Source: a bacterium (lineage in GTDB: Bacteria > Zhuqueibacterota > Zhuqueibacteria > Oceanimicrobiales > Oceanimicrobiaceae). From it: a DNA stretch of 45,435 bases. Within the stretch, counting starts at the first letter, position 1; every line of letters begins with the position of its first letter. The stretch covers positions 1 through 45,435 of the forward strand of contig JBHIAW010000003.1 in NCBI GenBank assembly GCA_046758765.1. The letters run 5' to 3'. The translations under genes were made by a program, and so were the position numbers. Shown here one piece after another: positions 7,646 through 18,877 of the stretch. Under the pieces are notes generated by a model that saw only the letters and a list, made by a program, of their open reading frames with translations, did no database searches and was not told the DNA's origin.

Positions 7646-8992
7646 TTAAGAAAAATAGCGAGAAAATACAACATCCCCCAAAAGGATGGCCTCCTTAGAA
7701 TATGGTTTAATACCTCGCTTTTCAAGTTCTGCATCAATTATGGCCTTAGCCTCTTTCCATTTGTCCTGTTTTTCAAGCCGTTGAATGAATTCAATGTATT
7801 GCTGACCGTCTTTTCTGAATATCTTTTTTATGAATATCTTTCGATTCTTTTGATCAATTAAAGTGTGGAGAGCAGGATAAGGACCTGGGGGTTGGCTTTC
7901 TATGTCACGTCTGTTAATAATGAGAGTGTCTTCAAACCCGGAGATGGTCTTAGATTCCTTGAATCTTCGGCTTGCAGTAAATCCTGAGTCTGCTTCAGGT
8001 TTTGTCTCTGCTCTATCCTCAACTAATTGAAACCTTATAGTATGGGGTTCAGCAGTGGACTCTCGTTTTCTTGAAATTTCGCTATCCAAGCTCGTGTCTA
8101 TTTCATCGAACGCATCTAAAGATATAGCATCCTTCCGCGAACTGAGAAACCTTTTACTATCTTTTCTATCATGCAAAGTAGCCTCTTCATTGGCGGGAGA
8201 TTTCAAGTGTTCAAGCCCTCCTACTAAGAGGTGTCTTTCTAATGCATTCTCAATTTCCTTAAATGTCCAAAATTCCTTGCTCAAAGCTTCCTCTTTCATA
8301 CCATCCGCTATTGGTCCCAATCCTCTTTCATTTAGCATCCCCAACAGCACTTGAGAATTCACACTTCGGTTCTCTTCACCAGTTATAGAAGCTTCAAATT
8401 TGATTAGCAAATTTATTTCTTTAAGAAAGGTAGAGATTGGCTTTTCATTATAAACCTCTATCTCTAACGGTCGTGTTAATTCTTCAAAATCTTGACGGGT
8501 TATGGTTTCGGTGTCCAGATTCTCAATCGCGCTAACAAGCCTTTGAATAAATGGACGATTTTCACCGAGACCTTGGACGACTACAAGAACGTCATCCTTA
8601 TCTCTTTGGTTGGTTGTATTAAACAGAACTTCGATTGTGGTTTGCCGAGGCCGCACCAAAGCATCAAATTGGAGATTTACCGAGACCTTGGCAAGATGGA
8701 TAATTTCTTCTTTCGTAAAAAGCGTCTCTCGTATTAGTGTTTCTTTCAAATCTTCAAGCTGTTTTTTGATTTGCTCACCCTGGAGGTCATAATGGCTTTG
8801 GGTAGAGATTTGCAGTGGCTTTTCTTGCTCAAATACTCTGCGGGCGTAATTTTTGAGACAAACTTGGAAAACCTCTGGATATTCCCCGTCTATTATCTCT
8901 TCATGTCTAATCTTTTCCTTTCCGTGGGAAATTCTCCTCAACAAAATCTCCACTAATCGCTTCTTCTCAGTTTCCCAGAGTTTCGATACCAT
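7646..8992 (-). CDS. Conserved hypothetical protein: helical N-terminal region, acidic linker, small C-terminal helical domain
   Basis: Long ORF co-oriented with gyrA. SD GGAGG lies 6 nt before ATG 8992. The C-terminal FIKKIFRKD...Y..FI..L....WKEA....VFSRYF pattern is recalled from FCB-group hypotheticals. Confidence 0.7.
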   Translation of the reverse strand: MVSKLWETEKKRLVEILLRRISHGKEKIRHEEIIDGEYPEVFQVCLKNYARRVFEQEKPLQISTQSHYDLQGEQIKKQLEDLKETLIRETLFTKEEIIHLAKVSVNLQFDALVRPRQTTIEVLFNTTNQRDKDDVLVVVQGLGENRPFIQRLVSAIENLDTETITRQDFEELTRPLEIEVYNEKPISTFLKEINLLIKFEASITGEENRSVNSQVLLGMLNERGLGPIADGMKEEALSKEFWTFKEIENALERHLLVGGLEHLKSPANEEATLHDRKDSKRFLSSRKDAISLDAFDEIDTSLDSEISRKRESTAEPHTIRFQLVEDRAETKPEADSGFTASRRFKESKTISGFEDTLIINRRDIESQPPGPYPALHTLIDQKNRKIFIKKIFRKDGQQYIEFIQRLEKQDKWKEAKAIIDAELEKRGIKPYSKEAILLGDVVFSRYFS

Positions 8993-9075
8993 ATGCATCC
9001 TCCCCCATCAAGTAAGAAAGGAAAAAATAAGGACTATCAAGTCAGACAGCCCTCACAATACCAGCGGCAATCTAA

Positions 9076-11505
9076 TTACTCTTCTTCTTTGATTACCCGC
9101 GCCACATCGGCTACTTTATCATCATCATCTAATTTGATTAAACGAAATCCGCGAGTGTTTCTCCCCTGTATACTCAGCTTCTTAACCCCCTGTCTTATGA
9201 CTACTCCATTGTTTGTAATTATCATGATATCATCTTCGTCCACCACTTCTTTTATCGCCACCAATTCAGCGGTTATATCTGTTACTTTAATGGTTATGAT
9301 ACCTTTCCCGCCTCGATGGCTAACCCTGTACTCTTTTATATCTGTGCGTTTACCATAGCCATTATATGTTACCACCAAAACCGTACTTTCGCGTTTTATG
9401 ACTATCATCCCTATAACACAATCATCTTTACCCAACGCAATTCCCTTTACACCGGCAGCCGTCCTTCCCATGTCTCGCACTTCATTCTCATGAAATCTTA
9501 TCGCCAGTCCCTTACGGGTAGCAAGTAAAATATCATGGGTCCCATCAGTTAATTCGGCGTCAATTAAATCATCTCCTTCACGAATAGTAATAGCATTTAT
9601 TCCACCCCTTCGTGGATTTCCATAAGCGGAAAGTCGAGTCTTCTTAATTAATCCTCGTTTTGTAGCCATCACCAAATAGAGCTCATTGTTAAAATCCCTT
9701 ACATTGACAAATGCGGCCAGCTTTTCATTCTTAGACAATTGAAGTAAATTAACAATTGCACGACCTTTTGAAGCCCGACCGGCTTGCGGAACTTCATGTA
9801 CTTTAAGCCAATAACAACGACCTTTGTTTGTGAAAAATAGAATATAGTTATGGGTAGAAGCTACAAACAGATGTTCAATAAAATCCTCTTCCTTGGTAGA
9901 GGCACCCGTATAACCTCGACCACCGCGCAGTTGTCTCTTGTAACTAGAAACCGGAAATCGCTTTATAAAACCTGAATGGGAAATGGTAATTACCATATCC
10001 TCTTCGGCTATCATATCTTCAATGGAAAACTCCTCGGTTTCATATATTATTTCTGTTCTTCTATCGTCATCATATTTTTCTTTTAGTTCTAATAATTCTT
10101 CTTTGATTAACTGCATTCTTTTGGGTTTACTTTCTAATAAGGACCGCAGTTTTTCTATTACCTTTATGGTTTCTAAGTATTCGTCTTCTATCTTTTTTCT
10201 TTCCAATCCCGTCAACCGTTGTAGCCGCATATCTAAAATTGCTTGGGCCTGGATTTCAGTAAGACTGAATCGTTTAATCAGCGAGTTTCGCGCAGTGTGC
10301 GGATTCCTCGATTTCTTAATAATGGCCACGATCTCATCTATGTTGTCAAGACAAATCTTTAGACCTTCTAAGATATGGGCGCGACTCTCGGCCTTTTCTA
10401 GATCGAATTTTATCCGTCGGACAACGACTTCGTGGCGGAAGCTAATAAAATGCTCAAGAACCTCTTTGAGATTCAAAATCTTGGGAGCCCCCTCCACCAG
10501 TGCCAACATAATTGTCCCGAACGTTGCCTGCATTTGCGTATGTTTGAAAAGCTGGTTGAGAATAACTTCAGCCGGTGCATCTCGCTTTAACTCAATGACA
10601 ACCCGCATCCCGTCTCGGTCCGACTCGTCTCGCACATCGCTGATTCCCTCAATCTTCTTATTTCTAGCTAAGTCTGCAATCTTTTCTATCAAGTTGGCCT
10701 TGTTAACCTGGTAAGGCAGCTCGCTCACAATAATATTCTCGCGTCCACTGCGAACCGTTTCGATATTTGCTCGTGCACGAAGGACAATGCGGCCGCGCCC
10801 AGTTCGATAAATTTCATCAATCCCTTCATCACCGTAGATGATAGCTCCGGTAGGAAAGTCTGGGCCTTTAATATGTTTCATTAAACTGTCAACAGTCAAA
10901 TCGGGTCGATTGATTAAAGCAACTAAAGCATCAACGACCTCGCCTAAGTTATGAGGCGGGATATTTGTAGCCATGCCCACTGCAATGCCTGAGGAGCCAT
11001 TTATTAACAAATTTGGTAAAACAGAAGGTAAGACCGTAGGTTCTTGCAATGTTTCATCAAAGTTGGGTACGAAATCGACCGTGTTTTTTTCTAAGTCTCT
11101 TAGAACTTCCATCGCAATGGAAGCGAGTCTCGCCTCAGTATAACGCATGGCAGCCGGCGAATCGCCATCCACAGAACCAAAATTTCCTTGACCGTCCACC
11201 AAAGGATATCTTAGCGAGAAATCTTGCACCATACGGACCATACTATCATAGACCGCAGCATCGCCGTGCGGGTGATATTTACCTAAAACTTCTCCGACAA
11301 TACGCGCGCTTTTTTTGTATTGGGAATTGGGCCGTAAGCCCAAATCGTTCATTCCGTAAAGCACTCTTCTGTGGACTGGTTTTAAGCCGTCTCGGACATC
11401 GGGTAGAGCCCGAGAAACTATGACAGACATAGAGTAGTCGATATAGGAGTCCTTCATCTCCTCTTCTAAGAAAACCGGGACTATTCGATCGCGTTGTATT
11501 TCCAT
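9076..11505 (-). CDS. gyrA: DNA gyrase subunit A
   Basis: [33 protein letters not shown] (catalytic Tyr), GyrA-box QLRGGRG and C-terminal beta-pinwheel repeats. Confidence 0.99.
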   Translation of the reverse strand: MEIQRDRIVPVFLEEEMKDSYIDYSMSVIVSRALPDVRDGLKPVHRRVLYGMNDLGLRPNSQYKKSARIVGEVLGKYHPHGDAAVYDSMVRMVQDFSLRYPLVDGQGNFGSVDGDSPAAMRYTEARLASIAMEVLRDLEKNTVDFVPNFDETLQEPTVLPSVLPNLLINGSSGIAVGMATNIPPHNLGEVVDALVALINRPDLTVDSLMKHIKGPDFPTGAIIYGDEGIDEIYRTGRGRIVLRARANIETVRSGRENIIVSELPYQVNKANLIEKIADLARNKKIEGISDVRDESDRDGMRVVIELKRDAPAEVILNQLFKHTQMQATFGTIMLALVEGAPKILNLKEVLEHFISFRHEVVVRRIKFDLEKAESRAHILEGLKICLDNIDEIVAIIKKSRNPHTARNSLIKRFSLTEIQAQAILDMRLQRLTGLERKKIEDEYLETIKVIEKLRSLLESKPKRMQLIKEELLELKEKYDDDRRTEIIYETEEFSIEDMIAEEDMVITISHSGFIKRFPVSSYKRQLRGGRGYTGASTKEEDFIEHLFVASTHNYILFFTNKGRCYWLKVHEVPQAGRASKGRAIVNLLQLSKNEKLAAFVNVRDFNNELYLVMATKRGLIKKTRLSAYGNPRRGGINAITIREGDDLIDAELTDGTHDILLATRKGLAIRFHENEVRDMGRTAAGVKGIALGKDDCVIGMIVIKRESTVLVVTYNGYGKRTDIKEYRVSHRGGKGIITIKVTDITAELVAIKEVVDEDDIMIITNNGVVIRQGVKKLSIQGRNTRGFRLIKLDDDDKVADVARVIKEEE

Positions 11506-11533
11506 AACTTTATTCGCAGCACCCTATACTTTA

Positions 11534-13468
<1,935 letters not shown>

Positions 13469-13759
13469 TTATAAGAACCTAATGTCTTTAATAACCCCCA
13501 TTCCAATGGTTTCGTCAATCTTACGCAGTATATCTCTTTTTAAAAATACAAGTTCCGTTCTCCAAGCATTGTTCTTAACTTTAACAAATAGAATACCATC
13601 AACCGTTTTGTTAGCTACGGTAACCTTTGATATTTTTTGTCCCACAATTTGCGGCCATTTAACAATGGCTTCGTGTTCCTTTACCTTCGTTTCAAGCCCC
13701 AAGCGCTGCAACAGATTAGAAATTATGTTGCTCAGGGGCTCCGGTTGCTTTTGTCTCAA
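13469..13759 (-). CDS. dciA: DUF721 / DciA family replicative helicase-loading protein
   Basis: Pattern W..IVG..I...T......G.L.V.V...AW..EL (KWPQIVGQKISKVT...NNAWRTELVF), in the canonical position between recF and gyrB. Confidence 0.85.
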   Translation of the reverse strand: MRQKQPEPLSNIISNLLQRLGLETKVKEHEAIVKWPQIVGQKISKVTVANKTVDGILFVKVKNNAWRTELVFLKRDILRKIDETIGMGVIKDIRFL

Positions 13760-14870
13760 TTCCTCCGCTCTCTATAAAAAAACATGAAACTTCGTTCTCA
13801 CCAACCGAAGAATGAAAATGTCTGGCAAACACTTCCTCTTTTGGGCTCGTTAGAAAAATCTGCCCCAATCCATCTAACAAATAGAAGAACTTTTCTTCTC
13901 TTAAATTGTCAAGTTCAGAATAATAATCATCCAACAAAAAGATTGGTGTTTCCTCTTTCTTTTGGCTTATGAATTTAAACTCAGCTATCTTGATCGAAAT
14001 TAATACGGATTTGTGCTCACCCCGAGAACCAAATTTTCTTAAATCCAATCCATTAATCTTAAAGACAATGTCGTCTCGATGGGGCCCAACCAAAGACATG
14101 CCCAGCGCCCTCTCTCTATTTTTGACCTTCAGGAGGGAGGTCTCAAAATTCTCTTCGTGGCGCCTCTTTTCATTCAACACTACGGAGGACTCAATTGCAA
14201 CTTCTAACTTATCTTTTGACTTTGTGACCTCTCTGTAAGTAGGATTAATTATGGATGAAAAGTCATCAATAAACCTGCACCTTTCTTCGATTATTTTGCT
14301 TCCAACCTTAACTAAATTTTCCGTCCATGGTTCGAGAGTCGCCTCTCTTATTGGTAGGCCCTCTCTCATCTGCTGCAAAATCTTGTTTCTCTGTTTAAGG
14401 ATTCGCACATATTCCTGAAGGTGCCTAAGGTATTTTATACTGACTTGCGATAAAAGTAAATCAAGAAACCTTCTCCTTTCTGCCGGCCCACCAGAGGTAA
14501 TCCTATAATGTTCGGGAGAAAAAACCACAATGGGAAAATTACCAAATATTTCAGAATGGCTCGTTAGTCTCTTATGATCAATTGCTATTTCCTTTTTCCC
14601 TTCTTTAAAGTGTATCACAACATTCTTATTAATACCACACTCGAGAACCACATTGCCTTCTATAAGAAAAAACGAATCACCGCTTGTAATCAGTTCCTGA
14701 TTGTTTGCCGTTCTGAAACTTCTACCCAAACAGAGAAGATATATGGCTTCTAAGATATTTGTTTTACCCTTAGCATTTAACCCGAAGATTAGATTTGTTT
14801 TTGGTGAAAAGTTAACTTCAGCTTTTAGGTAGTTTCTGAAATTAACAAGAGCCAGTCTTTCAACAAACAT
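13716..14870 (-). CDS. recF: DNA replication/repair protein RecF
   Basis: NFRNY, Walker A GLNAKGKTNILEAI, GGPAERRRFLD, GPHRDD, GSRGEHK and LLDD..SELD. Confidence 0.97.
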   Translation of the reverse strand: MFVERLALVNFRNYLKAEVNFSPKTNLIFGLNAKGKTNILEAIYLLCLGRSFRTANNQELITSGDSFFLIEGNVVLECGINKNVVIHFKEGKKEIAIDHKRLTSHSEIFGNFPIVVFSPEHYRITSGGPAERRRFLDLLLSQVSIKYLRHLQEYVRILKQRNKILQQMREGLPIREATLEPWTENLVKVGSKIIEERCRFIDDFSSIINPTYREVTKSKDKLEVAIESSVVLNEKRRHEENFETSLLKVKNRERALGMSLVGPHRDDIVFKINGLDLRKFGSRGEHKSVLISIKIAEFKFISQKKEETPIFLLDDYYSELDNLREEKFFYLLDGLGQIFLTSPKEEVFARHFHSSVGENEVSCFFIESGGIETKATGAPEQHNF

Positions 14871-14885
14871 TTAAAGCTTCTAAAA

Positions 14886-16007
14886 CTAATCTTCATTTAA
14901 CCGGATAGGCATTAAAAGCATAAGAAGGTCTTCGTCCTCTCTTTGATTACCAGGATAAACAATCCCAGCACTGGTGGCGTCCTTCACTTTGAACATAACT
15001 TCGTCAGTCTCTAGGTGACGCAAAATATCCAGAATATAATTGGCATTGTAACCAATCTCTAAATCGTCTCCCTGGTACTCGGCGCCAATACTCTCTTCGG
15101 CTTCACCTCCAAATTCTATATCTTCCGACTGAATCTTAACGTTATCTTGTGAAATACAGAAGCGAATTTGGTGAGTGATTGAGTTAGAGAAAATAGCCAC
15201 TCTTCTCACTGATGAGCTCAGTAACTCCCGGTTTATTACCACTTTCTTATCATTATCCAACGGTATAACTCTCTCGTAATTAGGAAATTGACCTTCAATA
15301 CACTTACTTAGAATGGTCGTATCTCCGAGCTCAAAAACAACGTGATCTTCACTTAAGTTGACTTTTGTTTTCTCATTGCTCTGGATGTTCTTTAATAACA
15401 GGTTTAAGGCTTTTGTTGGTATTATCATATCTTTCTGAAATTCCGCAGAGTTGAACTTCTTGTCAACAATCTTCACCAAACGGTGCCCATCAGTAGAAAC
15501 CATCCGAAGTTCCTTTTCCATTACTTGAAGGTACACACCCATTAAGGTGGTTCTCAATTCATCGGTAGAAACAGCAAACAAGGTTTTATCAATCATTCTC
15601 GCTAGAAGCTCAGAGTCTATTAAGAAATATTCCTCACTTTCTTCTATTGAAATCTTGGGAAAGTCTTCTTTCGCTTCACCTGAAAGTCGATAAAATCCTT
15701 TTTCTGTGGTAATGGTAATTTTGTGGTCTTCCTCGTTGCATTCTAACTCCATAGGGATATCTGGAAGTTCTCTGACAATTTCAAATAGAACTTTAGCGGG
15801 AATAGCCACTCCACCATCCACCTCACCTTGTACTTTCATTCGAGTAGAGATAGATACTTCCAAATCCGTTCCTGTCAAGGTTAGATTATTTTCTTCCAAA
15901 TGTAAAAGGACATTACCCAATATCGGAATGGTTGTCTTAACAGGAACTACGCCAATGACATTCTGTATTGCTTGGTAAAAATCTGTTTTATTGATTTTGA
16001 ATTTCAT
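14886..16007 (-). CDS. dnaN: DNA polymerase III beta sliding clamp
   Basis: TTIPILGNVL, GTDLE, STDELRTTLMGV, STDGHRL, GQFPNYERVIP and LLMPIR. The start is moved to ATG 16007, which has RBS GGTGGAGG. Confidence 0.98.
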   Translation of the reverse strand: MKFKINKTDFYQAIQNVIGVVPVKTTIPILGNVLLHLEENNLTLTGTDLEVSISTRMKVQGEVDGGVAIPAKVLFEIVRELPDIPMELECNEEDHKITITTEKGFYRLSGEAKEDFPKISIEESEEYFLIDSELLARMIDKTLFAVSTDELRTTLMGVYLQVMEKELRMVSTDGHRLVKIVDKKFNSAEFQKDMIIPTKALNLLLKNIQSNEKTKVNLSEDHVVFELGDTTILSKCIEGQFPNYERVIPLDNDKKVVINRELLSSSVRRVAIFSNSITHQIRFCISQDNVKIQSEDIEFGGEAEESIGAEYQGDDLEIGYNANYILDILRHLETDEVMFKVKDATSAGIVYPGNQREDEDLLMLLMPIRLNED

Positions 16008-16052
16008 AAAAGCCTCCACCCAAATTAATTGTTCATAAATTAAATCTAACAA

Positions 16053-16341
16053 ATAATAGTATATTTATCAAGTAAATTTTATTTAAATAGTTATAGTAGT
16101 GGGTGTGGGTATGTTGATAAAGCTCTGAGATATATATATCAAATAATTAATTCTTAGATTAATTATCACGAGTTAAAAAGTCTGTCCGCTTGTGGATTGG
16201 TCGTGGCGGAAATGTTCATAACTTAAATAGTATAGTCAAAGTGGTTGCTTAAATTTGTTAAGGAGCATAAAGTTGTATGTTGTCCACACAGAATGATGGT
16301 GAAAAGCAGAGTTATTAACATGTGAAAGTGGATAACTTTGG
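16053..16341. other. oriC (dnaA-dnaN intergenic part): DnaA boxes, DnaA-trios and AT-rich unwinding element
   Basis: The minus strand reads TTATCAACA-TACCCACA-CCCA-CTA CTA TAA CTA-TTTAAAT, with boxes at 16104-16120 and trios at 16088-16099, followed by an AT-rich stretch. Further box-like 9-mers lie at 16213-16221, 16280-16288, 16312-16320 and 16327-16335. Confidence 0.85.
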
Positions 16342-17691
16342 TCACATGGTGGACAGTTCGATCTTGCTTTTCAAAGTTTGTACATCGTCCCAAACCCTTT
16401 TGTCCTCTCTTATTTGATTTTCAATACATTGTATGGCGTGAATAACCGTGCTATGGTCGCGACCTCCAAAATGAAGGCCGATAGTTTTTAAGGAATATTT
16501 GGTAAGCTCTTTAGTAAGATACATAGCTAATTGACGGACATAGGCAATCTCTTTTTTTCTTGTCTTGGCTCGCAACATATCGTCTGGAATATCAAAATGT
16601 TGGCTAATTGTCCTTTGAATTTCTTCAATTAGAATATTTTTTTTCTTTCCTAACCGAAGATCTTTTAGTACGTCTTTTGCTAAAGGTAAGGACATGTCCT
16701 TTACTTTTAAGGATGAGAAGGCCAAAAGCCTGATCAAAGCTCCTTCCAATTCACGGATGTTGGAAGTAACGTTTATGGCTATGAATTCAATGATTTCGCC
16801 AGGCATATCTATGCCGTTTTCATCTGCCTTTTGTTGAAGGATAGCAATTCTGGTTTCAAGGTCTGGTGGCTGAATATCAGCGACTAACCCCCACTGAAAT
16901 CTGGAAATCAGCCGTTCTTCCATACCATCCAGTTCCTTCGGCGGCCTATCAGAGGAAAGCACAATTTGTTTTCCAGAATTATGTAGGGCATTAAACGTGT
17001 GGAAGAATTCCTCCTGAGTTCTCTCTTTATTTATGAAGAATTGAATGTCATCAACCAAGAGCAAATCAACGTTGCGGTATATAGAACTAAATTCTGTGGT
17101 TTTGTTGTTTTGAATGGAGTTTATGAAATCGATGGTAAAGCGTTCACTGTCGACATAGAGAACGTGCCGGGCCGTGCTTTCAAGTAATGAGAAGTTACCG
17201 ATCGCCTGAATTAGGTGTGTCTTTCCTAGTCCGACACCGCCATAAACAACCAGGGGATTAAAAGTGGTTTTCCCTGGAGCTTCAGCGACTGCAAGAGACG
17301 CGGCTCTTGCAAATTGATTATTTGCGCCTTCGACAAAATTCTCAAATTGATAACGCTCATTTAGATTACTCCTTTTGTCAGGTTTCTTTAGAGGCTGTTT
17401 CTGATTAATGGAAGGAATATGCATTGACTTGCTGTTGCCGTTAACGACTACCGAATAGGTCAACCGAGAATTGTCGCCGAGGACTTGCAACAATGCTTGG
17501 TTAATCAGGCCGCTGTAATGACCCTCAAGCCATTCGTAAAAAAACTGACTAGGGACTTCTACTGTAAGATTTTGTTCTTCGAGCTTCACTGCTCTAATGG
17601 GTTTGAACCAGGTAGTAAAGCTTTGTGGATTAATACTGTCTTTAATTATGGAAAGACAATCGGTCCACACAGTAGCACAATTAGGTAGCAT
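16342..17691 (-). CDS. dnaA: Chromosomal replication initiator DnaA
   Basis: FENFVEGANNQFA, Walker A YGGVGLGKTHL, LLVDDIQF, QEEFFHTFN, SNIRELEGAL and FGGRDHSTVIHA. Confidence 0.99.
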   Translation of the reverse strand: MLPNCATVWTDCLSIIKDSINPQSFTTWFKPIRAVKLEEQNLTVEVPSQFFYEWLEGHYSGLINQALLQVLGDNSRLTYSVVVNGNSKSMHIPSINQKQPLKKPDKRSNLNERYQFENFVEGANNQFARAASLAVAEAPGKTTFNPLVVYGGVGLGKTHLIQAIGNFSLLESTARHVLYVDSERFTIDFINSIQNNKTTEFSSIYRNVDLLLVDDIQFFINKERTQEEFFHTFNALHNSGKQIVLSSDRPPKELDGMEERLISRFQWGLVADIQPPDLETRIAILQQKADENGIDMPGEIIEFIAINVTSNIRELEGALIRLLAFSSLKVKDMSLPLAKDVLKDLRLGKKKNILIEEIQRTISQHFDIPDDMLRAKTRKKEIAYVRQLAMYLTKELTKYSLKTIGLHFGGRDHSTVIHAIQCIENQIREDKRVWDDVQTLKSKIELSTM

Positions 17692-17798
17692 TTTACCGAA
17701 TCCTCACTATGTTGGTGGTTAATAAATTAAACAATTGTTATTGGAGGTTGGGGCATAGTATATGCCCTCAAATCACCTCCTTTGGCTTACCGTTGGGG

Positions 17799-17963
17799 TT
17801 ATCCACAAAATACCCACATTGTGAACAACACGCCAACATTAATAAACATAACAAGTTATAGTAAACCAATTGGTCGAAATCAACCGTGTGGATCACAGCT
17901 TATCGGCCATCTGTTGGGGGCTGAGCCATTTAATAAAATGTAAAGTTTGTAAAGTTATCCACA
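17799..17963. promoter_or_regulatory. DnaA-box cluster upstream of dnaA (second part of a bipartite oriC / dnaA autoregulation)
   Basis: Perfect TTATCCACA at 17799-17807 and 17955-17963. Near-matches are ATACCCACA 17810-17818, TGTGAACAA 17820-17828 and TGTGGATCA 17887-17895. Confidence 0.85.
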
Positions 17964-18001
17964 TATTTTAATGGTGATCTTCCTTTTGGTGAGATATTGA
18001 A

Positions 18002-18029
18002 AATTTAGCAAAAACGAGATCAATGTCAA
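18002..18029 (-). promoter_or_regulatory. Putative sigma70 promoter for dnaA
   Basis: Minus-strand TTGACA (18029-18024), a 16-nt spacer ending in TGC (extended -10), and TAAATT (18007-18002). Confidence 0.55.
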
Positions 18030-18071
18030 GGGAAAAAAGTTGTTTCAAAAAAATAGCTAAGTAGAATTTGC

Positions 18072-18100
18072 TTGACTTTTAATTTAATATTTAATATTTT
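18072..18100 (+). promoter_or_regulatory. Putative sigma70 promoter for the rpmH operon
   Basis: TTGACT (18072-18077), a 17-nt spacer and TATTTT (18095-18100), about 50 nt upstream of rpmH. Confidence 0.55.
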
Positions 18101-18147
18101 GTATGGATTTTGTGAACGTAACTCATTGAGTAATTTAGAGGTATTAC

Positions 18148-18291
18148 ATGAGAAGAACTTATCAACCGCACAACCGTAAGCGCTTAAACAAACATGGGTT
18201 TCGGGCAAGAATGCAGAGCAAGTCTGGGCGTGCAATCTTGAATAATCGCCGAGCAAAAGGGAGAAAGAGCTTGACGGTCAGTGACCGATAA
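18148..18291 (+). CDS. rpmH: 50S ribosomal protein L34 (below the ORF-track size cut-off)
   Basis: Manual translation gives [47 protein letters not shown] (47 aa). RBS GAGG; canonical position. Confidence 0.98.
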   Translation: MRRTYQPHNRKRLNKHGFRARMQSKSGRAILNNRRAKGRKSLTVSDR

Positions 18292-18302
18292 TTTGGCTGA
18301 AT

Positions 18303-18653
18303 ATGTCTGATTTTCGTTTGAGAAGAGAGAGGATTATTAAGAGATCAGACGTTTTCAACGAGTTGTTTGAGAGCGGTGTTCGTTTACATTCAGATCATAT
18401 TTTGCTTTTGTTTTTAGCATCCGATCAATGTCGCGTTGGGTTTGCTGTTTCACAAAAAATAAAAGGGGTAGCTAGACGCAACCGGGCTAAAAGAAGACTG
18501 CGAGAAGTTTTGAGACTAAACCAGGATAAATTACCCCAAAAGATGAATATCGTTTTGGTTGCAAAACCAGGAATCGAACGTGTAAAATTTGAAATCTTGG
18601 ATAAAGAATTTTTGAGTCTATTAAGAAAACTGGTTTCAAAAGCCGCAGAATGA
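18303..18653 (+). CDS. rnpA: Ribonuclease P protein component
   Basis: RVGFAVSQK and the RNR motif ([11 protein letters not shown]), in synteny after rpmH. Confidence 0.95.
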   Translation: MSDFRLRRERIIKRSDVFNELFESGVRLHSDHILLLFLASDQCRVGFAVSQKIKGVARRNRAKRRLREVLRLNQDKLPQKMNIVLVAKPGIERVKFEILDKEFLSLLRKLVSKAAE

Positions 18654-18859
18654 AGTATATTGGGATTGCTATAATAAGATTATACCAGACATTCATATCA
18701 CCCCTCTTTCCGCCCTCTTGTCGATTTTATCCGAGTTGCTCTGATTACACTTTACAAGCACTAAAGAAATATGGATTTTTTAGGGGAATTTGGTTAGGTG
18801 CAGTCCGGCTTTTAAAATGTCATCCCTTTAATTCCGGTGGGTATGATCCCTTAAATTAA
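18650..18859 (+). CDS. yidD: Membrane protein insertion efficiency factor YidD
   Basis: [20 protein letters not shown]...[12 protein letters not shown]. Confidence 0.97.
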   Translation: MKYIGIAIIRLYQTFISPLFPPSCRFYPSCSDYTLQALKKYGFFRGIWLGAVRLLKCHPFNSGGYDPLN

Positions 18860-18877
18860 TTTAATAAGACAAGTGAT

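Noticed and set aside
9983-10714. 243-aa plus-strand ORF, and similar ORFs opposite gyrB, dnaN, mnmE, DUF456 and lutB
   Set aside because: These are antisense in-register shadows of conserved genes, with no motifs.
18026-18256. 76-aa minus-strand ORF
   Set aside because: It lies antisense to rpmH and the divergent promoters. rpmH is the real gene.
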